A stretch of DNA of 64,000 bases from Laetmonice hystrix. Lineage: Eukaryota. Numbering within the stretch: the first letter of the stretch is position 1; every line of letters starts with the position of its first letter. Position numbers and translations under genes: made by a program. A model generated the notes under the pieces. That model had not been told where the DNA came from. It did not search any database and was given only the letters and a program-made list of their open reading frames with translations. Of the stretch, positions 11,419 to 24,131 are shown piece by piece. The DNA lies in contig OZ249438.1 of assembly GCA_965235115.1 (NCBI GenBank), positions 6,510,001-6,574,000 of the forward strand, written 5' to 3'.

Positions 11419-13778
11419 ATTTAAAGTGCATGTTATTTGAAGCCTCCAAACAGAAGGGCCTAGTTTGACTGTCCAAATCCGTTCGTACATTCATCTGTAT
11501 GTACAATATTTGTAAATCGAGTAATTTGTCAGAATTGTAAGATTAAGCTTACCTGAAACTTACAATCATTCACTGTTAGGCGGCCATCTTGGATATAAAC
11601 TCATTTGGAGGAATAACTGAGACAATCTGGATTTCTTTCAAACTTGGTGCAGACAAGAGCCATATGAAGGTCAACAATATGGCAACATGGTACTGATGTA
11701 ATGGTAGCCATATTTGTTTTTTGACTCTGAAAATAGAACTGTTTTGACTTGTATCTTGAAAGTGGCCCATGATAACGCAGTAGTTACTAGTCCATCAAGG
11801 TCGCAAATATTTTCAAATTGGATGACATTATCTTGGTGCATTGTGAAGAACCCAAACTCAGGATTTTGATGGAATTGACTCTTTAATACACAATGCAGTA
11901 GTCACGTTAGAGGGAGACACCTGCCTTGACTAGATGTGAAATCTTCAACTCCCCCGCTGCTCCTCGCACTGGAGAAAACTGGAAGGATTGAAATAGGTCT
12001 ATAATTATTAAATACCCTAAGATTATCATTTTTGAATAAGGGAACAACGTTTGCTTTTTTCCATTGAACAGGAATATATGATTATTATCATTTTGTGGTG
12101 AAAGTTTCAGACATAGGTCAAAATATCTTTTAGTGCCAATCTAATGTCGAAAACTGCCATGCTGGAGAGCAAAGTAAGTTTAACTGACCTTTTTCCGTTG
12201 AAAGGTGATCGATATGGCCTCCATTCTGTTCACACACAGCCCTAAGTCTCTTTTTGAATGACCCGATTGACTTCATGTTTGTAAACCTTTTCAGGGAGGG
12301 AATCTCAGTCTGGTGTGAACCCATCCTTTATCCAGGTAACAACCTGCAATACTGTTTTGTCATCAACACTGAACATAATGGCTCAAGTCAGTGAACTCCC
12401 GTGAAATTCCAGGTAATATATAGATATAGAATCCCCCATGGCCGTGATACGGCCATGGGGGTCCTTCCACTGGACTATTCGGCAGGCTACTAATTTATTG
12501 CCAACATAATGCTTAAAATTTCAGATACAACCTGCTCTGTGTGAAATTTTCTGATGAAATGTGTCAAAACAGAGTCTGACACAAAGATTGACACTGAGGT
12601 CAGAGAGATGTCGCATCATTCAGACACAGTGGAACCAACCCTGCCTAACACATGCAGCATCATGTTAATTACCCTGTTCTAACTTTGCAGTTTTTTAAAG
12701 GCAGTTTTTAAAGTGGCACTCATTTGAGACATTTTCACCTATTTATCTGAAATTTGTACCACACGGCCCAATTAACTGTAAAATATCATGTGCAAAATAT
12801 GATGTCGGTATAAAAATGATAGAAGTTAGTCAAGATTAGAGTGTTCCAGTTTGGTGGGGGATGGTGATGCGTTATGGATGCGCCACTCAGCGAGTTTCTT
12901 AGGGTTCATGAAGTTATAGTGTTTTAGCAAAAAAAAAACTATCCCAGATTGTTGTCCTTTCTATTTTTGTATTTGAAAGTAGTTAAAATATTCCAGCTGA
13001 ATTTAGAATTTAGAATTTTAGAAAATATTAGAATTTTAGAAAATATCCACTAAATATATACTAACAAAATAAAACAAATTAAAAAATAAAAAATGTTTTG
13101 CCTGAATCCACAAGAAACATGGTGGGAAGTAAAAAAAAAAAACTTTTTCTGTCGCTTTTGTTCACTAGCATAGCCGACATCCTTAGTGCTGCCGCTCATG
13201 CAAATCTCTGTTTTTGCAGCAGCTCTAGTCAAAGAAGTTATGTGTATGGATGCCTTGGCTTTAGATTATAATGTTAATTGGTTTTGTATCCATCAAAGTA
13301 TATAGTAACATATTTTAACTATCTATACTGCCATTCATATTGTTCATTGACCCATTCTTTGTAATAAGTACATTACAAAAGCAGTAAAAAATCAGTTTTT
13401 AGTGTGTTTGAGCGTCGTTTTTTCTGCCCATGTTTGTACCCATGTTTGTACATTTAATGTAATGATATGAATATAATATTCCAGTTTAAAAAATATATAA
13501 CATCTACATATCCCAATGAATCATTTTATAATATATTTTGCTTTTTTTAGCTTTTAGCTTGAGGCTGACCTGTAAGGTGATGTTTGAGTATGATTTTATC
13601 ACTTGTCCAGAGCCAGGGGTCATTACGTGAGCACAGATCACATAGTTGACATTGTCTTCCAGTAGTTGCAAAGAAAAACCTCCATTATAGCAGAACCCGC
13701 AGGTCAGGCACGTAATTAAGCCTCGTTTAAAGTCCATGTAAAAAGTAAATAATTTTTGGAAATACTCTGCTCCCCATT

Positions 13779-14130
13779 CAGGGTGACCACAGCACAGGGA
13801 AAACAGGGAAAATTCTCTGCAGGAAAAACACAGGGAATTTGGAATTTGGACAGAGAAGGGTAAAAATTGGGCATAAGAAAAAAGTCTGTGAAAAGGCAGC
13901 ATTGTTGAATATTGAGGTTTATTTGAAGAGCTCCTGAGTCACAATACTTTAATGCCTAAGGAGGAAAAATCCCACTCGCAAATTGCTGATGATGATGATG
14001 ATGTTATTCAAAACGGCTGCCATATTTGATAAAAACACTGAATGGCAGCCATGTCATATCACAGGGAAAATTCATCGCGTGCCAGGGAAGGCACAGGGAG
14101 TTTGAAATTGAAATTTTTGTGGTCACCCTG
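13779..14130. mobile_element. hAT-like MITE
   Basis: 13-bp TIR CAGGGTGACCACA...TGTGGTCACCCTG; subterminal CAGGGAA repeats; flanks CCATT/CCAGT (possible 5-bp TSD with one mismatch). Confidence 0.75.
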
Positions 14131-14164
14131 CCAGTTGAAGTCCAAGTAAAACAGTCTTAAACTC

Positions 14165-14346
14165 CAGGACCCGGTTTTTAGTTTGGAAACCGAGTCTTAA
14201 GATTCAAATCTTAAGACTGAACTCTTGTTTCAGAGCCTCTGATTGGTCCTTCAAATGAAGTCAACCAATGAGGGACCATAACACAAGTCAGTGTTAAAAT
14301 TCCAGTCTTAAGATTGGTAAAATGACGAACTAAAAACCGGGCCCAG
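14165..14346. mobile_element. Short MITE
   Basis: GGACCCGGTTTTTAGTT...AACTAAAAACCGGGCCC inverted termini. Confidence 0.6.
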
Positions 14347-14693
14347 AGCTTATCTCATGCTGTGTGACAGGTATCAAAAAGTACCAATCTGCCCCCTGCC
14401 TTGACCGCACTTGGAATCTATGTCACCCGGCTGCGCGACGTCAGTTGTAGGACTCAGTTCTGCACCCCGCTTGGCTAGCATAGCATAATCCCCTGTCTGT
14501 TCTTCAACTGGTTATGATGATGAATCCGATCAAAGTTTTGGATATATGGTCAGTGCTCTATTTCTGAGGGGTCAGATGATGACGTGAAAGGTGGTGAATG
14601 TTGTTCTGCCTACCAAGCACCACAGGCCTATATTGTATGAGCCTGTAGCAGAACGTGAATGGGGGCAGTTGTGGGCCTACTGACTGGTCTGCT

Positions 14694-14742
14694 GCTGATG
14701 CTGATGCTGATGCTGATGCTGATGCCGATGCTGATGCTGATG
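14694..14742. repeat. (GCTGAT)n microsatellite
   Basis: About 8 hexamer units. Confidence 0.9.
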
Positions 14743-14914
14743 TTTAGTGTTCACTACCCAGAGTTACCATCAGCTGTTCAAGTCTGCGTGCCTTGATATA
14801 GGCTTATATGCCGATATGGGCTTAAGGTTGCTTCCTCTGCATACAAGCAAGAATATAATAATCCACAGATTCCTCCTCATGAGTAGGCCTAAGTATCAAA
14901 GCAGTCAGACACTT

Positions 14915-16800
14915 TTCTGAGTGGAGTACCGGGATTACAGCAGTGTGTGATGTTGAGCATACGATCTCCACAACTGGGTATCTCGAATACTCGCAGACTA
15001 TGACGAGGAAGTATTCTCCAGTGTGTATGGGTCCACAGAAGTCCATGCTGACTACTTACCATGGACCACTTGGCATGGGAGACATCTGTGACAGTTCCTG
15101 CGTCTTTGTGTTTGTGTTTACTTGACAGGGGATGTAGTTGTTGACTGTGTCTTCTACTTTCCGGTCTATGCCTGGAAACCAGACCTTTGACCGGATCATT
15201 GCTTTTGTACAGACAATCCCTTGGTGTCCCTCGTGGGCAATGTCAACTGCCTGCTGTTGTAGGACTATCCCTTGGTGTCCCTCGTGGGCAATGTCAACTG
15301 CCTGCTGTTGTAGGACTATCCCTTGGTGTCCCTCGTGGGCAATGTCAACTGCCTGCTGTTGTAGGACTATCCCTTGGTGTCCCTCGTGGGCAATGTCAAC
15401 TGCCTGCTGTTGTAGGACTATCCCTTGGTGTCCCTCGTGGGCAATGTCAACTGCCTGCTGTTGTAGGACTATCCCTTGGTGTCCCTCGTGGGCAATCAAC
15501 TGCCTGCTGTTGTAGGACTATCCCTTGGTGTCCCTCGTGGGCAATGTCAACTGCCTGCTGTTGTAGGACTATCCCTTGGTGTCCCTCGTGGGCAATGTCA
15601 ACTGCCTGCTGTTGTAGGACTATCCCTTGGTGTCCCTCGTGGGCAATGTCAACTGCCTGCTGTTGTAGGACTATCCCTTGGTGTCCCTCGTGGGCAATGT
15701 CGACTGCCTGCTGTTGTAAGCTGATAGGGCTGCAGTCGTAGTCCCCATCGTTCCCGGGCAGTCGCAGCTTCTTCCAGATCGATGGGGCTTGTGATCTGTG
15801 ATTACTTTAAACGGGGCTCCTTGGATGTACATGTCAAAGTGTTCACATGCCCACAGTATGGCTAATGCCTCTCGTTCTGTTTGTGAATACCTTGACTCAG
15901 TATCGCTTAGGGCACGACTGGCATAGGCAACGGTTTTTCCATCCTGGGCAAGTAAGGCACCCAGTCCGAAAGGACTTGCATCAACGACGATCTCTGTTTG
16001 CTTGCGCGGATCTAAATATGCCATCACAGCATCACTTGCTAGCGCTGCTTTGATGCTGTCAAAAGTGACATTTTGTTGTGTGAGCCTGTAAAGTGGTTCA
16101 AACAAGGTGGGAAAGTCTTTGATGAATTGTGCAGAGTATGTGGCCATGCCCAGGAATGATTTGATTTTAATGGGTGCCGGTGCGTCTTGTATGGCTTTGA
16201 TTTTCCCGGGGTCGACTGAGATTCCATCGACCAGACGAGTCCAAAGAATTCAATGTGGTGAAGATGGAATTTACACTTTTTGAGGTTGATCGTCAGACTG
16301 CCGGAGCTTAGACATTCAAATGTTGCTGCAAGCGCACAATAATGTCATCGCTGATGTTTTTGACACCTGATATTCGACAGAGCTTGGCGGATAGTTTCCT
16401 GAAATATTTCTGAAGCCTAAGATATTCTGAAGTTTAGGCATTTGTACGTTCGGAGGCCTTGACGTGTTGAAAATGTTGTGATGTATCTGGAATCAGGGTG
16501 CAGTTCCAGTTGGTGGTATGCAATGGCAAGATCTATTTTCGAGAAAACAGTTGCACTGTTCAGGTCAGAGATTATTTCCTCAATGGTTGACATGATATGA
16601 CATTCTTGTAGTATTGCCTTGTTCGGTTCCCTCATATCTGTGCATATGCATAAATTGTTTCTGTCTTTCTTAGGTGTGACGACTATGGCACTGCACTATG
16701 GGTGCACCGTATGGATATATCTTGCTTGAGTGACGTTTGTGTAGGGTCGGTCTGCCAATCTTTTCATATGTCTTCTCATCTATGATGTTTACTGAAGCAC
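14915..16800 (-). mobile_element. Gypsy pol remnant (RT, RNase H, integrase N-terminal half)
   Basis: FSKIDLAIAYHQLEL..SRYITTFST; VDASPFGLGALL..YASRAL..YSQTEREAL; HEGHQGI..VWFPGID..C; DFCGP..YFLVIVCEYSRYP. Multiple frameshifts. Confidence 0.9.
15216..15720 (-). repeat. Tandem array, 10 x 51 bp, of the integrase HxxxH segment (LQQQAVDIAHEGHQGIV)
   Basis: Near-identical 51-bp units; the unit starting at 15471 lacks 2 bp. Confidence 0.95.
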
Positions 16801-16949
16801 CTGTGTCAATCATTACATTCGTAGTAGTGATGTTCAGCTTCAATGTGATGTGTATTCATCTTCGCTGGAATCCATAGTAGTGGCATGTTGTGGTGGGGTC
16901 TGGGGGGGGGGGTACAGTGCATACTTGTTTGACATGAGCATTGGTTGTC

Positions 16950-17700
16950 TTCCCGAATTTGGCTATCCAGAAACAGGAAAAACTGACAATGGTCCTTCAT
17001 TCACTTCACAAGCATTTAGACAGTATGCTGAGCACTGTGGCTTTATACATTGCAAAATCACTCCGATGTGGCCACAAGCCAATGCCCAAGCAGAAAGCTT
17101 CCTTCTGAAGTTGGTGGGTGCAGCCATCGTTTAAGGGAAGTCATGGAAGCAAAATTTATACAAGTTGCTTTGCGTCTATCGGTTAACGCCACACACCAAA
17201 ACCAAATTTAGCCCTTTTCGCCTCATGTTTGTTCGCCTCATGTTTGGTCGAGAACCACAGACAAAATTCCCTGACCTGAACATCCCCACCGACACCACCA
17301 GCGATGAAAAATAGCTTGTGCCAATGACACCCTGGCCAAGCAGAAGATGAAGGATTACTCAGACAGGAAACATCAAGTACAAGGAACAACATTCAAACCA
17401 GGTGATCCTGTATTCCTTCGCAGCCAGCAGCCACACAAAACAAAAGCTCGATTTGATATTGCTCCAAGAAATAATGCACATGACCCGGTCCAAATCCGCC
17501 CACGACGAAACAGGGTCATCCCTGCAAAATTCAGAGACTTTGTTCTATAGGAGACGTACAAAGACTATTCTGTTGGGGTAGGTAATTCAGACTCTTAAAA
17601 CATAATTATTATAAAAAAAAGAAGGGGAGAGATGTAATGTTTATCCATGCAAAGCGGCAGCAATGTTATCTTTTACAACAACACGTTTTATGACATCCAT
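16950..17700 (+). mobile_element. Gypsy integrase C-terminal half, PPT and start of 3' LTR
   Basis: EFGYPE..KTDNGPSFTS..WPQANAQAESF..YRLTPH..FGREP; RPRRNRVIPAKFRDFV; PPT AAGAAGGGGAGAGA followed by TGTAATG at 17633. Confidence 0.8.
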
Positions 17701-19061
17701 GCGTATGAACCCACAGATGGCACTGGGGGCCAGTGGCAGCACATGTACGATCGGTGCAAGTTTCCATCCTCATTTTCTACATGTACAACATCACACTTAT
17801 GGACTGAAAGGCAGGGGGGCCTTCATTCGAAGGTGAGAAAGCCATGTAGGCCTATCATAATGCCCACAATACTTAAATAATCGAGGCAGATTCATCTTTT
17901 TCTGCGTCACCCCACCCTTAACATCAAATATCGTTACCGTCGTACACAATTTCAGAAAATCTAAGTTGGGGGGTTTCTGAGACTTGGCAGACAGAAAGTG
18001 CCGACCCACACAAAGTAGCATCTGAGGAAATAGGGTGAGATGTTGGCAGGGTTGAAACTGGACCACCCATCACTTTCCCGGCTCCCCACCCGGCCTGCTG
18101 CCCACCCCCCGGCCTGCATGGGCTCCCCTCCCCACATGCTGTGCCCGGGTCACCACGACTACCGTGGTTCATGACACTATGTTTCTCAAAGGCTACCTGC
18201 TGTCTTCTTATGGCAGGATCTGTGGCCGGAGTTGTTACAAAACTTTACCACACAATAATAAACCATTTTGAGAGATTGGCATGCGTCTATAATGGTGTTG
18301 GTATAGGGGCGTTCACGGTGACGTCATTCGCGGGGATTCCCTCGGCCCTAGCAAGTGGCTGGCAAAAAGCATGCTTGCAGGCACATGTTGTGTATGTTTA
18401 CAGTTTACAGTTCAGCGATCTTGCTTTTTTCTTTTTTTCACGTGTCCATGAGAAAATGGTCATATCCTGTGTTGCTGTTGGGTGTGCTAGTCGCTGTATC
18501 AATGGAAATGTGTCGTTCCATCGCATTCCAAGCGAAAAATAAACGTGAAGAGATCACTGGCTGAGAATGCAATCAAGCGCATTCACTGGCAATCGAAATC
18601 CATCAACCGTGTTTGCGGAAGGCATTTTATATCAGATATGCCTGAGTACTTTAATTTGTTAAATATTACCATGAATTATAATATAGCAATGTAAAAGCAT
18701 GACGGAGGCCGTGAAGTTGCAGTGCCGACTGCAACGGTGCACTGACCCAAACAGGCAGCCATACCCACCCCCAGACGGAGGTGTGATGTTGACGGAGTTC
18801 AGCCCTCTTTATGCCAGCCCCACCCTCACACCCGGTCCCCACCCTGACACCCAGGCACTGCCGCAGCACCGCAAAGAGAGGGCCTGCCGACACCGGGGCA
18901 TCGTGGCTTTCTCGCCGGGTGTTGGAAGAACATGGGCGGTAGCGTATAGGGGGCGATGGTTTGTCTCCTTGTCTGCAACTTCCCTGCATAATGCATTGCT
19001 CCATTCAGTCAATAAATTCCACTGAGTTGGATTTAATAAACAAGGCAACATTACATGTAGG
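17701..19061 (+). mobile_element. THAP/zinc-finger unit, copy A, 5' part
   Basis: Matches 31519-32775 with the same left boundary GCGTATGAACCC. THAP remnant from ATG 18456 (MVISCVAVGC..SFHRIP / AIKRIHW..RVCGRHF) is frameshifted. Confidence 0.7.
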
Positions 19062-19407
19062 TGAAGTGATACCCAAGATGGTGTAGACTGGTTAGTATTC
19101 GTTTAATGCTCATGGGAGCTACATGTGCTTTCACGTCCCGGACCCTGGAATGTCCCTCACCCCGAGTGTCCCTGCAAAGTTTGTTCCAGACGCCCTCTGG
19201 CGAGTTGTACTTGTACTACTACTGTTCGACTGGGCAGATATCATTACATCCCCCTCTCCACAAATTGAAACAAATTACGGAACTACTAACTTAAGTGACT
19301 GTTTCAACATATCATGCTTATGTCTACTTTGGGAAGTGGGTGGACTGCCCAACAACCCTTTTTCTTTTACGTGAAGGGATTATTCTGCCCTTTTGGTCAC
19401 GTGTCTG

Positions 19408-22400
19408 CTACTGTGGTCTAAACCTGTCTGGTGGTTTAACAACCCGACCCGAGCGGGTTGTCCGCACTCCATCTGCCGATGGTGGTATCACTGTCTCGTG
19501 CACTGGTGGTGGTGGATTGCCCTGGTTTGTGGGTGCGATGTCAGCCGTTGGTTCCGGCTGTGGTGTGCTGTCCAGTCGTTCCCGCATTTGCGACCGGTTG
19601 CGCCTAACGTAATTCCCTGTTTGGGTTTCCACCACATAAGACCTCGGCTCAGGCCGTTGTCTTACCACGATTCCCGGTTGCCATATATTTGACTTACTAC
19701 CCACGATGCCCGGGTGTCGGCAGGCCCTCTCTTTGCGGTGCTGCGGCAGTGCCTGGGTGTCAGGGTGGGGACCGGGTGCTACCCATACTTTCTGTCCTGG
19801 GTATAGTGGTGGTAGGCATCTGGCACCACGGTCGTGTTATTCTTTATACTTCTGCTGCTTGGCTGTCATCACATCTCGAATGCCATCCTCACAGCTGTCC
19901 GAACGGAATGGTAGCAGTGTCGTCAGCTTGCGCTTCATCAGTAGCTCTCCCGGGGATGGTATTTTGTTGTCAATCGGTGTTGCACGAAGATTTAGCAGAG
20001 CTTTTGCAGTGTTCTTTTTGTTTTTGATACACTTCCTGATGGTTGGCTTGACCCACCGGATCTGCCGTTCAATAAACCCATTTGCCTTTGGGTAGTGCGG
20101 TGAGGAAGTGATGTGCTGGATCCCCCATTCGCTACAGAAGCGCTTGAAGTCTTCGCCCGAGTACTGGGGTCCATTATCTGATCGGATTTGATCCGGTCGG
20201 CCAAATAGGCTACATGCTTCCTCAATGAATTTGGCCACAGAGGCTGCTGTGACCGGCCGTGGTAGCTCCCTGACTAGAGGGTATTTCGAGTAGTAGTCCG
20301 AAAGGATCACAAAGTCTCTGCCCTTTATCTCGAACAAGTCTGTCCCGAGCACTTTCCACGCGGCACGGGGCACTTCTGTCACCAACAACGGTTCACTCCT
20401 GTTGGCACCCTGCTCCTCCTGGCAGGATTCACAATACTTGACCATCTTCATGATGTCATCGTTGATATTCGGCCAGTACACGGTGTCACGTGCCAGCATC
20501 CTGGTTTTTTCAATGCCTTGATGGCCTGCGTGGAGCTGTGTTAAGATGTCTTCCCGCATACTCTCCGGGATGATGACTTGACACCCTTTGAAGATGACAC
20601 CGTCCTCTACTCCTAGTCCATCCCTGTAGGACCAGAATGCCCTGAGGGTTGTAGGCAGCATCTTGATGTTCTCCGGCCATCCATGGTATATTACTTCTGA
20701 CAATGCATTCAATGTTGGGCATTTCCTGGTCTCGGTCTGGAGAGCTGTCTGCTTCTCGCGGCTGAAATTAATGAGATCCATTTCGATGTTGTCAACGCGT
20801 ACGTCCAGTTGTACTGGCTGATCCTCCTTGGGGTTAGGGAGACGTGATAACGTATCACTGATGATCATTTGATCTCCTGGACGGTATTTCACTGCGTAAC
20901 TGTATCCTTGTATGCGCACCAGCATCCGCTGTAGTCTAGGGGGAGCAGATACAATGGGCTTTGCGCATATGATCTCTAGCGGCTTGTGGTCCGTAATGAC
21001 AGTGAAGTTCCTGCCATACAGATAGGAGCTAAAACGTTCTATACCATGGACCACCGCTAGCATCTCCCGTTCTATGTTGCTATAGTTAGCTTGTGTCTTG
21101 GATGCATAGGATATGGGTCGTCCTTCCTGCACCACGCACGCTCCCAGTCCTTTCATTGACGCGTCTACTTCCAACTCTACATGCTTATTCATGTCATAGT
21201 ACGTCACAGAGCGCGCAGTTATAGCCTCCTTCAGCCTATCGTAGGCGTTTTGATGCCCCATGTCCCACTCGAATGGTACATCTTTCTTCAGTAAGTCCCG
21301 TAGGACTGCTGCAGTGGCACTTAGGTTGGGGATAAATGTGCCCATGTACGTTAGCATCCCTAGGAACCGTTGCAGATCCTCTCTTGTCTGCGGGGCAGGC
21401 ATCTCCTGAATATCCCTGATCTTAGCTGGATCAGGCGTGATGCCTTCCGCACTGTAGGTGTTCCCAAAGAACGATATTAATCGCTGCTTAATGGCACATT
21501 TCGCGGAATTGAAGACCAAACCATGGGCCTTGGCCTTCTCCATCAAGTCAGTCAGTCTTCTATCGTGCTCCTCCTCTGTAGCAGCAACGACACAGACGTC
21601 ATCTGTGATTCCGACACATCCTTCGAGTCCTTCCAGGAGCTCGTCCATAATATTTAAGCCAAATGAAAGCCTCTTGAAGCAGTAACGCCCGACTGGTGTC
21701 CTGAAAGTGGTTAGAAGCTGGCTGCCCTCCTCCAGCATCACGCGTCTAACTTGCTGAAATATTTCGCACCAGCAAACGTGGGGTTTATTTCCTCCAAGGT
21801 GGGCGTTTTGTGAGGACATCTTTTGACTGCTGCATTGAGGTGCTTAGGGTCTAAGCACACCCTTAAGCTCCCATCACCCTTCGTGGCGTATACTATGCTG
21901 GAGCACCAGTCGGTGTGCTCCTTAACTTTGCGGATGATGCCCATACTCTCCATCCGTTGTATCTCCGCCTTGATCTTGGGGATGAGGTTGACGTTGTATT
22001 TTCGCAGTCTGTCCACATATGGTTCCGCGTCTGGCCTCAGTAATATTTTCGCAGGCTCCTTGAATTTGCCAATCTTGTCAAATTGGTCCGGGTAACGCTG
22101 CTTGAGGTCCGCCACTGAGGATATCCCACCTGTGATGTTGTCCACCTCCAGGCGCTTACATGTGATGGCTACCAGCTTAAGTTTTTCGCATGTTCTCAGG
22201 CCAAGTACGACTGGTTGGTCAACAGTCACGACATAGAACTTGGTATTTACGCTTCTTGATCCATACTGACACTGTATCTTGAAGCTCCCTAGACAGCCAA
22301 TCTATCTTGAAGCTCCCTAGACAGCCAATCTCACCACCAGTGTATGCCGTTAACGTGGGCCTGTCATTTGTCTGTAGGATTTCCTCCGGCCTCCGGTCAC

Positions 22401-22668
22401 CATACATCTGCCTAAAGGTGCGCAGAGGCAGCGCGTTTGCATTCGAGCCAGTGTCTATTTTTACCCTGAGCTTGTGTACTCCAGGTACCAGTGGCAATTT
22501 TACATGGATCTCGGTGAATGCTTTATCCACTGCAACTGCATCCAGGTGCTTATCTGGGAGAGTTATGGTATAAAAACTCTTCACGGCAGTGTTACCCTTG
22601 TCCGAGCTATCCGATTCCATATGATGCGTAGTCTGAACATCATGAAACTGCCTCCTGCCTGATTGCAT
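19408..22668 (-). pseudogene. Gypsy pol (protease, RT, RNase H, integrase), frameshifted
   Basis: KIDTGSNAN (protease); CLDPKHLN..FSKLDA; GITDDVCV; VDASMKGLGA; HAGHQGIEK..C..C; GTDLF..DYYSKYP..SDNGPQY..YPKANGFIER. Confidence 0.92.
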
Positions 22669-23423
22669 CCGGTTTCTCGGCTGTCGGTGCTGGGCGCGCT
22701 ATTTCCCTTTCTCCTATAACTGGGATTTTCTCCTCGGCAGAAATCCTTCCAATGGCCAACTTTACCACATGTCCCACATAGGTCCTTATATGCTGGGCAG
22801 TTACGGTAGGCATGGTTCCGACCACAGTTTCCGCATGGCTTACGCGCGCTAATCTGATCGACTGCGCGGTCTTGTACTACAGGCTGTAGCGAGGTCAATT
22901 GCTTGGTCCCTGCCGCAGTGGCTTCGTGTCGGCGTCCCGCACTTAGTACCTCTGCTAGGGTTAGCCCCTCGTCCTTTCCTAACAGCTCATGCCGGAATAG
23001 ATCCATCGGGGTGCTCGCAATCACTAGCTCAATTATACGGTCCTGCATCTCACCGTCGGAAAACGCACAAAGTTGAGCCTGTGCCCTGGCACGAGTCACA
23101 AATTCGTCTAGCGATTCGCCCTCTCTTTGCCGGTATTGCATTAATTGTAGTCGATGGATGCGAAAGTTCACGGCGACCTTCAATTGTCGTTCGAAGAGTT
23201 CCCATATCTGTTTTGGGTCTTTCTGTTTAGCCTCACTTAATCCTGATGCGTTAAGCCGTCTCAGGCCCTCGTCCCCGATGCCTATTTTAATTTTTCTTGC
23301 TATTTTGTCATCGTCCACAATCTCGTTATCCTCGCATACAAGCATCATTTTCTGCTTAAATAGCTTGAATGAGTCCGCTACATCAGCCCCTTCCCAGCAC
23401 ATGGTAGGATACTTGGAAGCCAT
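22581..23423 (-). CDS. Gypsy gag with CCHC knuckles
   Basis: ORF with RQREGESLDEFVTR and CGNCGRNHAYRNCPAYKDLCGTCGKVGHWKDFC. Confidence 0.9.
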   Translation of the reverse strand: MASKYPTMCWEGADVADSFKLFKQKMMLVCEDNEIVDDDKIARKIKIGIGDEGLRRLNASGLSEAKQKDPKQIWELFERQLKVAVNFRIHRLQLMQYRQREGESLDEFVTRARAQAQLCAFSDGEMQDRIIELVIASTPMDLFRHELLGKDEGLTLAEVLSAGRRHEATAAGTKQLTSLQPVVQDRAVDQISARKPCGNCGRNHAYRNCPAYKDLCGTCGKVGHWKDFCRGENPSYRRKGNSAPSTDSRETGCNQAGGSFMMFRLRIIWNRIARTRVTLP

Positions 23424-23804
23424 GGCTGTAAATGTCTAACTTGTGTATAGAGAGAGTCAGGTCTGTAGCACGGGGGCGATTGTTCAATCTATTATAAGGC
23501 TGGGACGGTTGAGTAGAGTGCCTGTTTGTGGACGTGTGGCAAGGCAGTCACGAAGAAACCGTATGTGCTAGGTCACACATGGTAGAGTAGACGCCCCCAG
23601 CAGTCCCCGGAATGTCCCTCACCCCGAGTGTCCCTGCAAAGTTTGTTCCAGACGCCCTCTGGCGAGTTGTACTTGTACTACTACTGTTCGTCTGGGCAGA
23701 TATCATTACAGTAGGCATCTAATGATTTAGGCCTATAGTGTTCAAAAATTCCCAGGGCATGTCCTTCAGCATGGTCCACCGTTGTATGCCCTCTTCTCCA
23801 ACAG

Positions 23805-23888
23805 GAAGCAACAACAACAACCACCAGGCCAACTGCAGCACAGGCCAGCAGAGAGCCGCAGCAGCCACCTCCCAAAAAAGGAAAGAAA
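23805..23888 (+). CDS. 84-bp phase 0-0 exon of the THAP/zinc-finger unit
   Basis: ttctccaacag|EATTTTTRPTAAQASREPQQPPPKKGKK|gttagt; repeated near 26590 and 32872. Confidence 0.55.
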
Positions 23889-24131
23889 GTTAGTTCTCAT
23901 TTCATTACTTAACAACATCATGATTTGGCTTCTGCCTCAATGACATTCTTCCATTCCTTGTCCAAAATACAGCACTCCTGCCCAGCAGCTAATATTCTGT
24001 ATTACAAAATTTCCCAAAGTGTCTCACTGTGATACCAAATGTTACAAAAGGTTGTTGACATGTTTCTTTATAAAATTATGTTTCCCACATGTCGTTGGTG
24101 GAGATCACTTATTATCTGTCTCATTTGCTAG

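Larger units (their letters stand above)
19062..23710 (-). mobile_element. Gypsy/Ty3 LTR retrotransposon, near full length but decayed
   Basis: TG..CA ends; 5-bp TSD GTAGG (19057-19061, 23711-23715); 3' LTR 19062-19248 preceded by PPT GGAGAGGGGA; 5' LTR only 23609-23710 (1 mismatch in 102 bp). Confidence 0.95.

Noticed and set aside
15216-15720. CRISPR-like look of the regular arrays (also 8829-10025 and 62063-62335)
   Set aside because: Head-to-tail units with no unique spacers, no cas genes, and a eukaryotic context.
15138-15741. Cys-rich repeat ORFs (CCRTIPWCPSWAMSTA) resembling a metal-binding protein
   Set aside because: Antisense of the amplified integrase segment.
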